DNA from: Deltaproteobacteria bacterium | GTDB taxonomy: Bacteria; Myxococcota_A; UBA9160; UBA4427 | Assembly: GCA_029261855.1 (NCBI GenBank) | Contig: JAJDAN010000034.1 | Location: forward strand, 53,953-117,952 | DNA: 64,000 nucleotides | Reading direction: 5' to 3' | Shown: one piece after another, positions 38,017-47,419 of the stretch | Layout of the letters: the number at the start of each line of letters is the position of its first letter | Numbering within the stretch: the stretch's first letter is position 1 | Notes under the pieces: model-generated | What the model saw: only the letters and a program-made list of their open reading frames with translations | Database searches by the model: none | What the model was told of the DNA's origin: nothing | Position numbers and translations under genes: made by a program

Positions 38017-39237
38017 GTGCCTGACTCCTCCGGCCTCGAGCGCAACCTGCGCTTGTACGCCTGGCATCAGGCGATCTCCCAGACGCTCTTCTGGGGACCG
38101 ATCTTCTTCCTCTATTTCAGCGCGCGTTTTCCTGTCGATCAGGTGCTGCGGCTCGGCGCCATCTACTACGTGGCCGTGGTGCTCCTCGAGGTGCCGTCGG
38201 GCTGGTTCAGCGACCGCGTCAGCCGCGTCGCCACTCTCTGCATCGCGAACGCCGCGATGGCCTGCGCCCATCTGCTCTTCGTCCTCGGCGGCGACAGCTA
38301 TGGGCTCTTCGTCCTGGCCCAGTTGATGCTCGCCCTCGGCTACGCGTTCCGTTCGGGGACGGATTCGAGCTTCCACTTCGACACCCTGGCCGGCCTCGAC
38401 CGCAGTCCCGAGTTCGGGCCCCGGGAAGCATGGATCCACCGCAACAGCTACCTCGCCATCGCCGGCAGCGCGATCGTCGGTGGCGGGCTCGGCGCCCTCG
38501 ACCTGCGACTCTCCTATGCGGCCCAGGCGCTCTTCTGCGTCATCGCGCTGGGAATCTCGTTGGCCATGCGCGAGCCCCCGCGTCACGCGGACGGCTATGC
38601 GCCATCCGGATTCGTCAGGCAGGTGGCGCAGTGCCTCTCCTACCTGCGCCAGCCCTTCCTCGCCTGGATCTTCGCGTACATGGTGCTCATGACGACCACC
38701 GCCCACGTCCCCTGGGAGTTCGCGCAGCCCTACGTGGCGGCGGTGTTCGGCGAGGCGCTGACTGCCGTCGAGCGCACGCCGCTCGCGACCGGGGTGCTTC
38801 ACGCGGCCATCGCGTTCGTGGGCGCGCTGGCGGCGGGGCAGAGCATCCGCCTTCGCGACCGCCTCGGCCTTGCCGCGACCCTGCTCTCGGTCACGACCGT
38901 GCAGACCCTGCTGATCGTCGGCATGGCGTGCTTCGTTCACCCGGCAATCGCTCTGCTGCTGGTGCTTCGCAGCGTGCAACCCGCCACCAGTGAGGTCATC
39001 GTCAGCGCGGCCGTGGTTCCGCGGGTCCCGCAGGCGCAGCGCGCCACCTATCTGTCGCTCCACAGCTTCGGCGGCCGACTGGGCTTCGCGGCGGTGCTCT
39101 ACGGCCTCAGCTTCATCGGCGACGCGCGGGCCGTCGGCGACGCGGCCAGCATCGACGCCATCCTGCAGGCGAGTGCCGTCATCTGCAGCGTGGGCTTGCT
39201 GGCCCTGCTGGCGACGGTACGCGCCGCTCGCGCGTGA
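38017..39237 (+). CDS. MFS transporter
   Basis: About 12 hydrophobic segments; LEVPSGWFSDR and SGTDSS motifs. Confidence 0.88.
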   Translation: MPDSSGLERNLRLYAWHQAISQTLFWGPIFFLYFSARFPVDQVLRLGAIYYVAVVLLEVPSGWFSDRVSRVATLCIANAAMACAHLLFVLGGDSYGLFVLAQLMLALGYAFRSGTDSSFHFDTLAGLDRSPEFGPREAWIHRNSYLAIAGSAIVGGGLGALDLRLSYAAQALFCVIALGISLAMREPPRHADGYAPSGFVRQVAQCLSYLRQPFLAWIFAYMVLMTTTAHVPWEFAQPYVAAVFGEALTAVERTPLATGVLHAAIAFVGALAAGQSIRLRDRLGLAATLLSVTTVQTLLIVGMACFVHPAIALLLVLRSVQPATSEVIVSAAVVPRVPQAQRATYLSLHSFGGRLGFAAVLYGLSFIGDARAVGDAASIDAILQASAVICSVGLLALLATVRAARA

Positions 39238-39262
39238 TCCCCGTACGCCCGGCGCGCAACGT

Positions 39263-40363
39263 TCAGGCGCGCGCTTCGAAGTCTGCCAGGCGGACCGGCT
39301 GACGCCGCGCCCCCCAGGTGCCGGGACTCACCTCGAACACGCCTGCGCATGCCGCACCGCAGCGCCTGCAGCCGCCGGAAGCGTCGAGCTGCCAGTCGGT
39401 CAGCACGTACCAGTCCCGTCCGATCAGCCGCTCGCCACAGGCGTGGCACCAGCTGCTGCCTCCTTCGGGGTCGTGCACGTTGCCCGTGAACACGTAACGG
39501 TGGCCATAGCTCCTGGCGATCGTGCGCGCTCGTTGCAGGGTGTGCTCGGGAGTCCTCTGCTTGTCCCGCATTCGGAAGTCCGGGTGGAACGCGGTGAAGT
39601 GCCACGGCACGTCGACGCCCAGCCGGTCGGCGACCCAACGGCTGGCGGCGTGGATCTCTTCGTCCGAATCGTTCTCTCCCGGGATCAGCAGGGTCGTGAT
39701 CTCGACCCAGACCGCGGTCTCGTTCACGAGGTACTCGAGGCTCTCGAGCACGCGCCGCAGCTCCGCGCTGCAAAGCTTCTGGTAGAAGCTCTCGCTGAAC
39801 GCCTTGAGGTCGACGTTCGCCGCGTCGATGTGACGGGCCATTTCCTGTAGCGGCTCGGGCTCGATGTAGCCGGCCGTGACCGCAACGGTCTTGATTCCCT
39901 GCTCGCGACACGCGATCGCGGTGTCGACGCAGTACTCGAGGAAGATCACCGGGTCGTTGTAGGTGAAGGCCACGCTGCGGCACTCGAGGGCGACGGCGGC
40001 CCGGGCGATGCGCTCGGGTGGCGCCTCGTCGGACAGGGTCTCGACCTCGCGCGACTTGCTGATGTCCCAATTCTGGCAGAAGCGGCAGGTGAGATTGCAA
40101 CCGGCCGTACCGAAGGACAGCACCGGCGTCCCGGGCAGGAAGTGGTTGAGCGGCTTCTTCTCGATGGGGTCGACGCAATAACCACTCGAGCGGCCATAGG
40201 TCGTGAGGACGATTTCGTCCCCGCTCCGCGCGCGGACGAAACACAGCCCGCGCTGTCCCTCTTGCAGACGACAGCGGCGCGGACACACATCGCACTGGAT
40301 CTGCCCGTCTGGCAGGCTCGTCCAGTAGCGAGCCGGAAAGCCATGGATTGCGGACGTTGCCAT
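39263..40363 (-). CDS. amrS: AmmeMemoRadiSam system radical SAM enzyme
   Basis: N-terminal CDVCPRRC..GLCFVR; DPIEKKPLNHFLPG; CNLTCRFCQNWDIS; C-terminal CHAC/CRRC. Confidence 0.9.
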   Translation of the reverse strand: MATSAIHGFPARYWTSLPDGQIQCDVCPRRCRLQEGQRGLCFVRARSGDEIVLTTYGRSSGYCVDPIEKKPLNHFLPGTPVLSFGTAGCNLTCRFCQNWDISKSREVETLSDEAPPERIARAAVALECRSVAFTYNDPVIFLEYCVDTAIACREQGIKTVAVTAGYIEPEPLQEMARHIDAANVDLKAFSESFYQKLCSAELRRVLESLEYLVNETAVWVEITTLLIPGENDSDEEIHAASRWVADRLGVDVPWHFTAFHPDFRMRDKQRTPEHTLQRARTIARSYGHRYVFTGNVHDPEGGSSWCHACGERLIGRDWYVLTDWQLDASGGCRRCGAACAGVFEVSPGTWGARRQPVRLADFEARA

Positions 40364-40440
40364 GGCGGAAGCTTGCCGCAGCCGCGCACGGGTCGCATAG
40401 AATCCCCTGGACTCGAAGAGAAGACCGGAGGGGGACGGAC

Positions 40441-41232
40441 ATGCAACGCCTGCAGGGAAGGGTCGCGCTCATCACCGGCGCCGCCCGCGGGACCGGCGCC
40501 GAGACGGCCCGGCTGTTCGCACAGGAGGGAGCGCAGGTGGTCCTGGCGGACGTCCTCGATGACCTGGGCGCCGACGTCGCCCGAGAGATCGGCAGCGCGG
40601 CTCGCTACGTCCACCTCGACGTGACACGCCCGGAAGACTGGGACGCGGCGATTCGACACACCCTCGACGCCTTCGGAGGACTGGACGTGCTCGTCAACAA
40701 CGCGGCGGTGCTGGACGTCTCATCCATCGCCGAGACCCGCTACGAGGATCTCACGCGCATCATCCACGTGAACCAGATCGGTCCCTTTCTCGGGATCCAG
40801 GCGGCGCTCGAAGCGATGAAGGCGCGTGGCGGCGGGTCGATCGTCAACGTGGCATCCATCGACGCCATCGAGGGGAGCAACGGTGTCGCCGCCTACACCT
40901 CCAGCAAGTGGGGGTTGCGCGGTCTCACGAAGGCGGCCGCGGTCGAGCTGGGCCGCCACGGGATTCGCGTGAACAACGTGAACCCGGGCTTCGGCAGCCA
41001 GGAGATGGTGGAGCCCTTCTTCCACCGGGCGGCGGAACGTCTCAAGACCCTGAAGCAGCGGCTTCCGGATCGGCCGCAGCATCCCTTCGTCCGTCGGGGT
41101 GCGCTCGCGGATGCCGCACAGGCGATCTTGTACCTGGCCAGTGACGAGAGCAGCTACGTGAGCGGCATCGACCTGACCGTGGACGGAGCCTTCACGGCGG
41201 GCAAGATCGAGCCGGCGGCTCCGTTCTCCTGA
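40441..41232 (+). CDS. SDR family oxidoreductase (3-alpha/20-beta-HSD-like)
   Basis: Motifs TGAARGTG, NNAA, YTSSK and LTVDG; GGAGG RBS. Confidence 0.92.
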   Translation: MQRLQGRVALITGAARGTGAETARLFAQEGAQVVLADVLDDLGADVAREIGSAARYVHLDVTRPEDWDAAIRHTLDAFGGLDVLVNNAAVLDVSSIAETRYEDLTRIIHVNQIGPFLGIQAALEAMKARGGGSIVNVASIDAIEGSNGVAAYTSSKWGLRGLTKAAAVELGRHGIRVNNVNPGFGSQEMVEPFFHRAAERLKTLKQRLPDRPQHPFVRRGALADAAQAILYLASDESSYVSGIDLTVDGAFTAGKIEPAAPFS

Positions 41233-41254
41233 GCTCTCACGTGGCCGACGAGAC

Positions 41255-41566
41255 TCAGTTGCCGCCGATGCGCTGGAAGACGGCTTCGGGTGAATGGCCG
41301 GCACCGGCCGCGGAGTCGTCTGCAAAGCCCGACAAAGCCTGGACGATGCCGCTGCACACGGCGTCGGGCCCGTCGATCCCGCGCGTCTTCAGCTCCCCCG
41401 GCAGGACCTTCTGCAGAACGACCGTCATCTGGTCGCGCGTGATCGACTTCGCGTCGAGACCGGACTGCTTCAGCGCGAGCCGCACCGTCCCTCGCGCTTC
41501 GAGCTTGTCGAAGTCCGTCGCCTGTTCGAGCTTCCCTGCGACGAAGTCGAAAATCGTGTCCGCCAT
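41255..41566 (-). CDS. Small hypothetical helical protein
   Basis: 103-aa ORF with natural composition (MADTIFDFVAGKLEQATDFDKLEARGTVRLALK). Confidence 0.7.
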   Translation of the reverse strand: MADTIFDFVAGKLEQATDFDKLEARGTVRLALKQSGLDAKSITRDQMTVVLQKVLPGELKTRGIDGPDAVCSGIVQALSGFADDSAAGAGHSPEAVFQRIGGN

Positions 41567-41671
41567 GGCATGAAACCCCCCCGAATGCATCGCGCATCGG
41601 CAGGTTGGGTGCAGGACTGGAGCCCGACGACGCACTCGTCTGCTGGGATTGGAACGCTTCCGCCTCACGCC

Positions 41672-41713
41672 GAATGCGGGATGCGAGGTGCGAGGTGCGT
41701 GGTGCGTGGTGCG
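41672..41713. repeat. Six-unit heptamer tandem repeat (NNNTGCG)
   Basis: GAATGCG GGATGCG AGGTGCG AGGTGCG TGGTGCG TGGTGCG, intergenic. Confidence 0.75.
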
Positions 41714-41733
41714 AGCGGCAACGAGAGAGCGGA

Positions 41734-43434
41734 CTAGAGGGCGCGCTGCTCGGCGAGGGCCTGCCCCAGACGCTTGAGCGCGGCCGAACAATCCTCCGGG
41801 TCGAGGTGCACCTCGACGAACGCGAGTGCACGGGGCTCGCGCCGCGCCCGCGCCAGGGCTTCCTCGAGCTCGCCTTCGGTTCGCACCTCGCAGCTCCAGT
41901 AGGCGCCGGCCTGCAGAGCCTCGCCACCGAACACCTCCGGCAGCGCGTGGTAGCGCCAGTTCTGGATGTCGTTGTAGGGGCCGTCGTGGATCACGCGTTC
42001 GACCGTGTAGCCGCGGTTGTTCATCAGGAAGATCACCGGGGCCACGCCTTCCCGAATCACCGTCGACAGCTCCTGGGCGGTCATCTGAAAGGCGCCGTCA
42101 CCGACGAACACGATCGGCCGACGGGCCGGTTCGGCCAGCCCCACCCCGAGCGCCCCGGGAATGGTGAAGCCGATCGAGCAGTAGAAGGCCTGACAGATGA
42201 AGCCGACCTCTTCGTGCATGAGCAGCTCGCCGGCGCAGAGGAAGGAATCGCCCGCGTCGGCGAGCACGACACTGTCGTCGTCGAGGAAGTGATTCACGCG
42301 GTCGTAGAAGCGTTCGATCGTGACTGGGTCGCCTGCCTGCGGTTCGAAGCGCGCGTCGAGGGAGCGGCGTGCCGGTCGCGTCGGCCGCGGCCGCACGTTC
42401 ATCTTCCCGTTCCGCACGAGAGTCTCGAGCAGCCCGCGAATGAAGTCTCCGAGAAAGACCTTGTCGAAGTAGTGGCGCTTGATCCGCACCCGGTCCGCGC
42501 CCGCCTGGATCAGCCGGCCGACATCGATGCGCGCCGTATAGACACCGAGGTTGATGTCACTCATCCACGCGCCCAGGCTGATCACGCAGTCGGAGTCTTC
42601 GACGGTACGCCTCACGTAGTCCTCGGACAGGGCACCCGAGTAGACGCCCACGTACTGGGGATGGGTCTCGGCGATCACCGACTTGTCCATCAAGGTGGTC
42701 GCCATGGGTAGTCCGGTAGTGCCGAGGAAGCGTTCCAGCTCATCGTGCAAGCCGAAGCGGTGCACCTCCACACCCCCCAGCACCACGGGCGCCTGGGCGG
42801 ACTCGATCATGGCGACCGCCTCTTCCACGGCCTCCGCCAGCACCTCCGGGTCGCTCGGCGGGTTCAGGTCCAGGGACAGGGGCTCGGGCACACGGCAGGG
42901 CGCCGCCACCAGGTCTGCAGGCACCTCGATGAACACCGGGCGGCGGTGTCGCAGACAAGCGGTGATCGCGTCGTCGATCTCGTCGGGCGCCGCTTCCGCG
43001 CTGGACAGGCACACGGACACCTGGGTCACGTGCGCGTAGACGTCCACCTGGACCCCGTAGTCGCCCAGCGTGTGGTGCAGGAGTCGATCCTCGTCGCGAT
43101 CGGAACGGTTGGGTCCGCCGCAGATGGCGATCACCGAGACCCTCTCCGCATAGGCGCCGGCGACGGCGTTCAGCAGGCTGAAGCCGCCGACCGCGTAGGT
43201 GACGCATACAGCGCCGACGCCGTTGAGACGCGCGTACGCGTCGGCCGCGTAGCCGGCGTTGAGCTCATTGCAGGTGCCGACGAACGCCACGGGACTGGCC
43301 ACGATCTCGTCCATCAGCCCGAGTACGTAGTCGCCGGGAACACCGAACACATGGCGCACGCCGACTTCTCGCAGGCGCTCCACCAGGTACGCGCCGACGG
43401 TCGTGCTCCCCGTCGAAGCAGGGGTCACAGACAA
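41734..43434 (-). CDS. Alpha-keto acid decarboxylase (pyruvate/indolepyruvate decarboxylase family)
   Basis: Motifs FGVPGDY, NELNAGYAADAYAR, LHHTLG and TPP motif GDGAFQMT..NNRGY. Confidence 0.93.
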   Translation of the reverse strand: MSVTPASTGSTTVGAYLVERLREVGVRHVFGVPGDYVLGLMDEIVASPVAFVGTCNELNAGYAADAYARLNGVGAVCVTYAVGGFSLLNAVAGAYAERVSVIAICGGPNRSDRDEDRLLHHTLGDYGVQVDVYAHVTQVSVCLSSAEAAPDEIDDAITACLRHRRPVFIEVPADLVAAPCRVPEPLSLDLNPPSDPEVLAEAVEEAVAMIESAQAPVVLGGVEVHRFGLHDELERFLGTTGLPMATTLMDKSVIAETHPQYVGVYSGALSEDYVRRTVEDSDCVISLGAWMSDINLGVYTARIDVGRLIQAGADRVRIKRHYFDKVFLGDFIRGLLETLVRNGKMNVRPRPTRPARRSLDARFEPQAGDPVTIERFYDRVNHFLDDDSVVLADAGDSFLCAGELLMHEEVGFICQAFYCSIGFTIPGALGVGLAEPARRPIVFVGDGAFQMTAQELSTVIREGVAPVIFLMNNRGYTVERVIHDGPYNDIQNWRYHALPEVFGGEALQAGAYWSCEVRTEGELEEALARARREPRALAFVEVHLDPEDCSAALKRLGQALAEQRAL

Positions 43435-43435
43435 C

Positions 43436-43909
43436 TCAGCCTCGCGTCATGGACTCGGCGTCCATCATCAGGTGCTGGCTCAGGTCGCCGAACTGCTCGA
43501 GGACCATTTCCCGGCTCGCGAAGCGCCACGCGCCGTCGGCGTGCTCGAAGACGTCGCGATAGCGACCGGTGATGATCACCTGTAGCGGCAACTTCGGCGT
43601 CTGCTGCAGCACGCTGAAGCAGCTGCGGCTCGTAGCCCGGCCGGCAGCCGCGTCCACTTCGATGATCGGGTTCGTCACCACGTGCTTTGTCTTCGGGGTT
43701 CCGCAGTCTTCGTAGATGCGGGTCGTGGTCTCGTACAACTTCTGGACCGCTTTGCGACCGCGCGTGCGGTTGTCGGTCCCGGCAACGGTGATCTCTGCGT
43801 CGGCGAAGATCTCGGCCACCCCCGCGAAATCTCCCGCGTCGATGCGTTCCGCATAGAGGTAGAGGAGATTCTCGATCTCGCCGCGCGCACTGGCTGTATC
43901 TGCACTCAT
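43436..43909 (-). CDS. SnoaL-like/NTF2 family protein
   Basis: Motifs IENLLYLYAERID, TKHVVTN and GRYRDVF..WRF. Confidence 0.85.
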   Translation of the reverse strand: MSADTASARGEIENLLYLYAERIDAGDFAGVAEIFADAEITVAGTDNRTRGRKAVQKLYETTTRIYEDCGTPKTKHVVTNPIIEVDAAAGRATSRSCFSVLQQTPKLPLQVIITGRYRDVFEHADGAWRFASREMVLEQFGDLSQHLMMDAESMTRG

Positions 43910-43994
43910 CGTCACACCCCTACCCGGATCGCCGGTATGATGGCACGGGCGCGAACGAGATTCCCATCGCGACCCAATCGCCGCGGAGAACACC

Positions 43995-44456
43995 ATGACG
44001 CCCGACACCGTCTTTCTCGTCTGCAACAACGCCGTCCTTCCCGCCTGGCTCCTGCTCGCGGTGGCGCCCGGATGGCGCTTCACCACGCGAATCGTGCACG
44101 CGGCGTGGATCCCGCTCTTGCTCGCGGTCGTCTATGCGGGCGCGTTCCTGCTGAACACCGACGCCCCGGAAGGGGGTGGCTTCGGCAGCCTCGCGGGCGT
44201 CATGGCGCTCTTCACGAGTCCCTACGCGGTGCTCGCGGGCTGGGTCCACTACCTGGCCTTCGACCTCTTCGTGGGTGCCTGGGAGGTCCGCGACGCGCGC
44301 CGCAACGGGATCGCGCACTGGCTGGTCGTGCCGTGCCTGTTCTTCACCTTGATGCTGGGGCCGGTCGGGCTCGCGCTCTACCTCGTCCTGCGCGTGGTCC
44401 GCGGACACGGCCTCTCGCTCGTCGAGGCGGCGGACGAGGTGACCGCTTCCGCCTAG
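43995..44456 (+). CDS. ABA4-like (DUF4281) membrane protein
   Basis: Motifs WLLLAVAPGW, GWVHYLAFDLFVG and LMLGPVGL. Confidence 0.88.
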   Translation: MTPDTVFLVCNNAVLPAWLLLAVAPGWRFTTRIVHAAWIPLLLAVVYAGAFLLNTDAPEGGGFGSLAGVMALFTSPYAVLAGWVHYLAFDLFVGAWEVRDARRNGIAHWLVVPCLFFTLMLGPVGLALYLVLRVVRGHGLSLVEAADEVTASA

Positions 44457-44493
44457 ACCCCCTCGGTGAACATTTCGGAGACCGGGGCGGGGC

Positions 44494-44697
44494 TCAGTCT
44501 TCTTCCGGATCGTCCTCGTCCGGGCCGTCGGCCTCGGCGGCGCCGCTCGTCCGGATTCCCGACGCGACCCAGAACCCCAGTACCCACGCGACCATGGACA
44601 GGAACAGCTCGCGCGAAGTGTGAGGCTGATCGAGTAGCCACCAGCCGAACCCGAGGGAGGCGAGCCCTGCGAGAATGCCGAGCAGGCGCGGCTTCAC
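44494..44697 (-). CDS. Small two-TM membrane protein
   Basis: GTG overlaps the upstream stop (GTGA); two hydrophobic helices and an acidic tail. Confidence 0.55.
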   Translation of the reverse strand: MKPRLLGILAGLASLGFGWWLLDQPHTSRELFLSMVAWVLGFWVASGIRTSGAAEADGPDEDDPEED

Positions 44698-45425
44698 CGC
44701 GTCCCTGCCGACGGGCTGGGCAAGGCTTCGAGCAGCACCGGTCGCACGATCCTCGTCCACAGCGCATAGCCTTCGGCGCTCATGTGCAGTCCGTCCGCGA
44801 TGAACAGCTCCGGTCGCGGTCTGCCGTCGGCACCGAGCATGGGCGTCGCAACGTCGATGTACTCGACGTCGGGCGTCGCCCGCGCCCAGGCTTCGATGCC
44901 GGCATTGGCGAGGCTCATGACGGGCCAGCGATCCCAGCGCGCCAGTGACGGCTTGATGGCGAGGAAATACACCGGCGTGCCCGGATGCGCGGCGTGCACG
45001 AGAGTGACGAAACGCTCGAAGTCCGCCGTGACCGACTCCGGTGTCTTCGGGCTGCCCGCCGCCAGGTCGTTGTCTCCCGCATAGAGGACGACGGCGCTGG
45101 GCGCGTAAGGGTTCACGATCCGGTCGGCGTAGTGGTTCACGTGCGCGATCTGTGAACCCCCGAAGCCGCGGTTCAGCACCGCCATCGGCGCCATGTCCTC
45201 GGCGAGGCTCGACCACATCACGATGCTCGAGCTGCCCGTGAAGAGGATGCTGCCCGGTGCGGGCGGATTCGCCCGGTCCCCCTCCTCGAAGTCGACGATC
45301 GTCGACTCCCAGAATTCTGCCGATCTCATGGCCCGCATCACCCAGGCGCCCGCCGCCAGGCCAGCAACCAGCAGCAGCGCCACCCCGGCGCCAGCGATCT
45401 TCCACTTTCGGGAGAGTCGACTCAT
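44694..45425 (-). CDS. SGNH/GDSL hydrolase family protein
   Basis: Motifs FTGSSS, NRGFGG, YAGDND and DGLH; N-terminal TM. Confidence 0.9.
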   Translation of the reverse strand: MSRLSRKWKIAGAGVALLLVAGLAAGAWVMRAMRSAEFWESTIVDFEEGDRANPPAPGSILFTGSSSIVMWSSLAEDMAPMAVLNRGFGGSQIAHVNHYADRIVNPYAPSAVVLYAGDNDLAAGSPKTPESVTADFERFVTLVHAAHPGTPVYFLAIKPSLARWDRWPVMSLANAGIEAWARATPDVEYIDVATPMLGADGRPRPELFIADGLHMSAEGYALWTRIVRPVLLEALPSPSAGTR

Positions 45426-45483
45426 CCTCGTTAATCTACCATCTACCACCGATGGGAAGAACGACTCGGCCGGCCTTCTCCCG

Positions 45484-47049
45484 ATGAACGACCACTCGCG
45501 CGAGCGGCTGTCCGCTGGCTTCGCGACCGCGACCGTCGCGGCCATCGCGCTGCTCGGGGTCGTCCAGTTCGCGAAGGACGGCTCCTTCTGGGTCGACGAG
45601 GCGTCCGTCGCGGCGAGTCTCGTTCAGCTGTCCCCGACCGAGCTGTTCGGACGCCTGCTCGGCGGACAGAGCTTCCCGCGCTGGCTGCTGCTCTCGATCC
45701 AGGCAACGACTGCAGTCTTCGGGTTCGAGACGATGGTGGCGCGTGCGCTTCCCCAGGTCTTCTTCCTGCTGGGAAGCGCAGTATGGGGACGACTGCTGTA
45801 CCTGCGCTTCCGCGGCTCGCCGCTACTCGTCGCGATCGGCGGCCTGCTGCTGCTGATGCCGACGAGCTGGCCCGTGTACGGCGCAATGCTCAAGCCCTAT
45901 AGCTTCGACGTCTTCCTCGCGGCGCTTCCCTTCCTGCTCGGCGACGTCTTCTACGAACGGGCCCTGGTTTCCCGGGAGGGGCCGGGGAAGGACGCCCGCC
46001 TCGCGCGGTCGAAGCTCTTCGCGCTGACGCTCCCCGTAGCGTTGTCGTATCCGTTCGGGTTGGCGCTGCTCGCCCGCGTCGGCGGCTGGTGGCTCAAGCG
46101 AGCGGCGACGGGGCGACCGCAGCTCGCTCTTCCCGGCGCGCTCGCGGGCATCTCCGGCCTGGCACTGTTCGCAGCCTGCCTCTGGTGGACCGACCTGCGG
46201 CACACGAGTGACATCGCGAGCTCGCTGCACCTGGTGTGGGGTCGCTGCGTGATCGGTCACCCGGAAGCCGACACCCTGGTGCTGCTCGACCGCTTCGGCG
46301 TCGGCTGGTGGCAAGGCGCCGTCGAGTTCGCACGCAGCGGCGGCGTGGGGGCTCCGGTGGCGATGGTGCTGCGGGTCGCCCTCGTTGCGGGTCTGCTCCG
46401 TGTCGCGTTCCGGATCCGGGACGTCCCCGACAGCCGCTGGGGCAGCCGGTCGCTCGGGTTCGCAGTCCTGATCCTCGGACTCCCCGTCGCGTCGTGGGTC
46501 ATCGGGTACCCGATCTGCTCGGGCCGGCTGACCTTTTTTGCGCTCATCGCGATGGTGACGATCGCACTCGAAGGCCTGGCCTTCGGCGCCGCGCTGCTGG
46601 GCAGGTTGCCCGGGCACGCCCTGCTCGGGCACCGGATCGCCCTTGGGCTCGGGGTGCTGCTCCTCGCCGCCATCGCTCCGCCGAGCCTTCGCGACGCGGC
46701 GCGCGTCGCCGCGTCTCCTACTCCCACGGACCTTCGCCCACTGATCGAGATGACCCGCGAGCGCCCCGAGCTGCCGATCCTGACGAACCGCTGTACCCAG
46801 AAGCAGATCGATGCGCTTCCAGAAGGCATGCCCGCGCCCGTTCTGCGAATCGAGGAGGGCGGCGGCATCCAGGTCGCCGTGAGCGAGAGCCGCGAAGCCT
46901 GGTTGCTGATCATCCCGTCGCCCTATTGTTCAAAGAACATCCGCAAGCTTCGTCGCGTTTCCGAGCGCTTCGAGGCGTTCCACGACGACGGTGCCGACGC
47001 GCAGCTCATCCATGTTCGCGTGACGCAGCCCAGGCCGCGCACGCCCTGA
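45484..47049 (+). CDS. Polytopic membrane protein, GT-C glycosyltransferase-like
   Basis: SFWVDEA after the first TM and LKPYSFD, with many TMs (ArnT/PMT-like pattern). Confidence 0.65.
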   Translation: MNDHSRERLSAGFATATVAAIALLGVVQFAKDGSFWVDEASVAASLVQLSPTELFGRLLGGQSFPRWLLLSIQATTAVFGFETMVARALPQVFFLLGSAVWGRLLYLRFRGSPLLVAIGGLLLLMPTSWPVYGAMLKPYSFDVFLAALPFLLGDVFYERALVSREGPGKDARLARSKLFALTLPVALSYPFGLALLARVGGWWLKRAATGRPQLALPGALAGISGLALFAACLWWTDLRHTSDIASSLHLVWGRCVIGHPEADTLVLLDRFGVGWWQGAVEFARSGGVGAPVAMVLRVALVAGLLRVAFRIRDVPDSRWGSRSLGFAVLILGLPVASWVIGYPICSGRLTFFALIAMVTIALEGLAFGAALLGRLPGHALLGHRIALGLGVLLLAAIAPPSLRDAARVAASPTPTDLRPLIEMTRERPELPILTNRCTQKQIDALPEGMPAPVLRIEEGGGIQVAVSESREAWLLIIPSPYCSKNIRKLRRVSERFEAFHDDGADAQLIHVRVTQPRPRTP

Positions 47050-47085
47050 GGCGGGCGAGCCAAGAGCAGATGACCCGGCGAAGAG

Positions 47086-47415
47086 TCAGTGAGCCGTGGG
47101 CGCCAGCGGCGCGTAGCCACCCCCCGGTAGCTCCTCGAACAAGGTCTCGATCAGGGGATGTCGGCAGGGCTGACCGGTGTCGTCCGTCAACAGGTTCTGC
47201 TCGGACACGTAGGCCTCGTAGGTGACCTCTTCGTTCTCGGCCAGCAGGTGGTAGTAGGGCTGGTCCCGGGCGGGTCGCACCTCCGCCGGAATCGACTCGT
47301 ACCACTCCTCGGTGTTGCTGAAGGTCGGATCGACGTCGTAGACGACGCCTCGAAACGGATGGAAGCGATGTCTTACGACGTCGCCGATCGAGAACTTGGC
47401 CTTCCGGGACAACAC
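47086..47415 (-). CDS. hspQ: Heat shock protein HspQ
   Basis: AKFSIGDVVRHR..FRGVVYDVDP..QPYYHLLAEN..AYVSEQNL. Confidence 0.9.
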   Translation of the reverse strand: MLSRKAKFSIGDVVRHRFHPFRGVVYDVDPTFSNTEEWYESIPAEVRPARDQPYYHLLAENEEVTYEAYVSEQNLLTDDTGQPCRHPLIETLFEELPGGGYAPLAPTAH

Positions 47416-47419
47416 GCGT

